From contig JAYWIR010000048.1 of the NCBI GenBank assembly GCA_036172245.1, forward strand, positions 992,001 through 1,056,000: a stretch of DNA of 64,000 bases, in the 5' to 3' direction. Under the pieces are notes generated by a model. That model had not been told where the DNA came from. It did no database searches and worked only from the letters and a program-made list of their open reading frames with translations. Below, piece by piece: positions 61,683-64,000 of this stretch; positions within the stretch are counted from its first letter, which is position 1; each line of letters starts with the position of its first letter. This DNA is from Raillietiella orientalis. Its lineage: Eukaryota. Made by a program: the position numbers and the translations under genes.

Positions 61683-62038
61683 CCCTATACTCTTGTACTC
61701 TTTGAACTTTCAACTTCTCCGAAGATCCCCCCTGGAGGGGGGGATCGCACCTCTCCTGGTTGATCTCCGAAGGGGAACCCAGAAGGGAATCTCCTTCCTC
61801 ATTCTCTCCGGAAGGACACCCCCCGGAAGGCGAGCTTGTCCTCTATATTTCATCTTCTCCGGAGGGGACCCGCAAGGGAACCGCTCCTGTTTGCTCCTCC
61901 TCTGAAGAGAACCCGAAGGGATGGGCTCGCTCCTCTGAACTCTCCGGACAGGTGGCGACACGCCTACTCCATCTGAACGACACGGAGGGGTCTGCCCCAC
62001 ACTGGGGGGTCCCGCTCCTTTGCACAACCGGAGGGGGA
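61683..62038 (-). mobile_element. Same SINE-like family, headless copy
   Basis: About 110 bp nearly identical to 59012-59115 (tatactcttgtactcttt...gatcccccctggagggggggatcgcacctc), then body units. Confidence 0.65.
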
Positions 62039-64000
62039 TATGGTGGCATCTGCCTTTCTTGTGCCCCCCCGTCTTCATGTCGTCTTTGTCACTTCAATGA
62101 AATGGTTTCGAAAAAAGTCTCTCGCAAGATGAAAAAAAAAAAAAAAAGGCGTATCGACTGTCCCATCCATTTAGGGAGAGCGCGGGAAATCCGAGTCGGA
62201 AAATTTTCGTAGATGAGAATCAAAGATCCTACAGCAAAGTGGGAGGAACAAAAAGGAGGTGGGGGGGGGGCTGCGTATACGTGCATACCTAATGTTCTTG
62301 AGAAAGCTTCCCTATTGCATGGAATCATTAACCAAGTGCTGCAAGCACGTGCGATGTGTATCAATGTTACCAAGGGAACACGCAGTCTACCATCGACATA
62401 CCCTCCACCTGATCACAGGAAACCGAGAGCAGGCGTTCGCTCAAATAACGAGGGAAAAGGTTTTCGGTGGTGCGGCCGAAAGATCAAAGTCACCTCCAGG
62501 CTATGACGGAACAGGCGCGCCATCTGACGAGCTAAAGCCGCCTTGACGTGGTTACGCCCAAATCCCGGAAACTTCGAAAGGTCGTACGCAAGGTGCTTCG
62601 TGGAAAAGAAGCCTGGTCCAATAGGGCTCTCCTGGTGCTCCCAAAGCAAAGCGCCCACAGGTCGACCTCAGGATGTTTTCGAAGAAGGAGCAAAGCATGG
62701 TTTTCCGGACCTTCGGATAAGGGCGTGACCACTTCCTCGGAGTCGAGGAAGGCTATCAGAGCACAAGGGAGGGATTCCAAGACCGCCATGTGACTCCGAG
62801 AGAGCATCGACCGAAACAGGGAAAGAAGAGACTTGAAAAATTAATTAACTGCTTGAGAGATCTCATTAAGCCGTTCGTTGTGCGGAGCCACCATCATGCT
62901 TTTTTACGAGCTTCATGACTACGTGACCTTGCGCCGCGCTGCGTCAATTTAACCGAATCCGGATGACGAACGTCCGCATCCTTCCACCGGTCCTTTCCTC
63001 GCTGGAATTCCACTGCGTCTTCGTGCCAGCCGGGACCGCTCCTCATCTGCGAAGTTCCTCGGAACTGTTTTCGAGCATCCTGAATTCCGCGCGATGGATG
63101 AATTCGGGAGACGGCACTGTACGCGTACCGTACGGCGTTCGTAAGGAAGTGGGGCGTCGCTCTCTGTCTCCCGTTTTTGGCACCGGTCGCCTAGCCTTGC
63201 CCTCCCTTAGGGCTAGCAGCGCACGTACCCGCGTGTCGAAAAATTCTCGAGCTGCGAAGCGTTCCGTCTGCAGCATCGTTTTCGCGTGCCGAAATACCGG
63301 GGGCGGTGAGTGCGAGGCGACCGGAGGGAGTGCGGTCCACCGTCCACCGCGTGGTTTCGGGCGCGCGCGCCATCGCCGGAAACACCGTCGGGTCGCGCCC
63401 GGGCACGGCTCCCGCGAGCTGCTGGTGGGGAGTGACAAAGCAATCGCCCGAGACCATCCAGACGCGCCAATAAACCTTTTCTGGAAATGGATCCCGTAAG
63501 TGGGGACGGCCTTTCCGTAAATGGAAGTGTTTGTGTTCTTGACATTACTGAGGAACGAGCGCTCCGTGAAAGCAGCATGCATGCGCCGAGTTCGATTACC
63601 GGCCGCTGCTGCAGACAAAGAGGAAACAACTGGTACCTGCAAATTGGATGAGGACGGTCTGGCATAATTTTACGCAGATGAGCCGAGGAGGAAAAGGAGT
63701 CCAATTTCTCTGCTCCCGGCTGCTGATCCGCAAAGCGGAATGCTAATTCGAGAAAATCTGGCGGAGTGATCCCAGCCCGTGCACCATGTACTTTATCAAA
63801 CACGCGATTGATTGCAGTACTTCTGCACCAACCGCGGGAATACGGGATGGCAGGTCGCGAGGAAGTTCACGGTCCTCGATCCGGAAGTCGAAAAAGAACT
63901 GGTCCACTCGTGGAGCAACAACGCGTATTACGCTTTAAAGCGCGGGGATCCGAGTGCGCGGCAGACCGGTCCTCCGGATGCTGGAAGTTCTCCACGCCCA

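Noticed and set aside
58517..63800. Search for upstream Nav exons (IS1-IS5)
   Set aside because: No IS4/IS5 motifs found on the minus strand; they presumably lie beyond 64000.

Overview
Eukaryotic (animal, most likely arthropod) genomic DNA with spliceosomal introns; there are no prokaryotic features. Two minus-strand protein genes can be reconstructed by hand. (1) A para/Nav1-type voltage-gated sodium channel alpha subunit: 24 coding exons from 58516 down to the stop at 36319, about 1630 codons, running from the domain I pore loop to the C-terminus; the 5' exons lie beyond the window. It keeps the DEKA filter and the MFM inactivation motif. It carries Asn at two tetrodotoxin/saxitoxin-contact positions (DI D-N-W-E, DIV A-G-W-N-G), non-wild-type residues at several pyrethroid kdr positions (housefly numbering L1014H, N1575H, L932V, V410I), a non-canonical AT-starting intron in the III-IV linker, and many 43-58 nt introns. 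(2) A 4-exon glycosyltransferase family 61-like (EOGT/POMGNT2-like) gene at 774-14232 in a GC-rich domain, whose HGA(G/Q)L motif and conserved Arg positions are replaced. The rest holds about six copies of a tRNA-headed SINE-like repeat, microsatellites, purine/pyrimidine tracts, a few hairpins and a possible short NUMT. Most ORFs in the supplied track are GC-driven noise.
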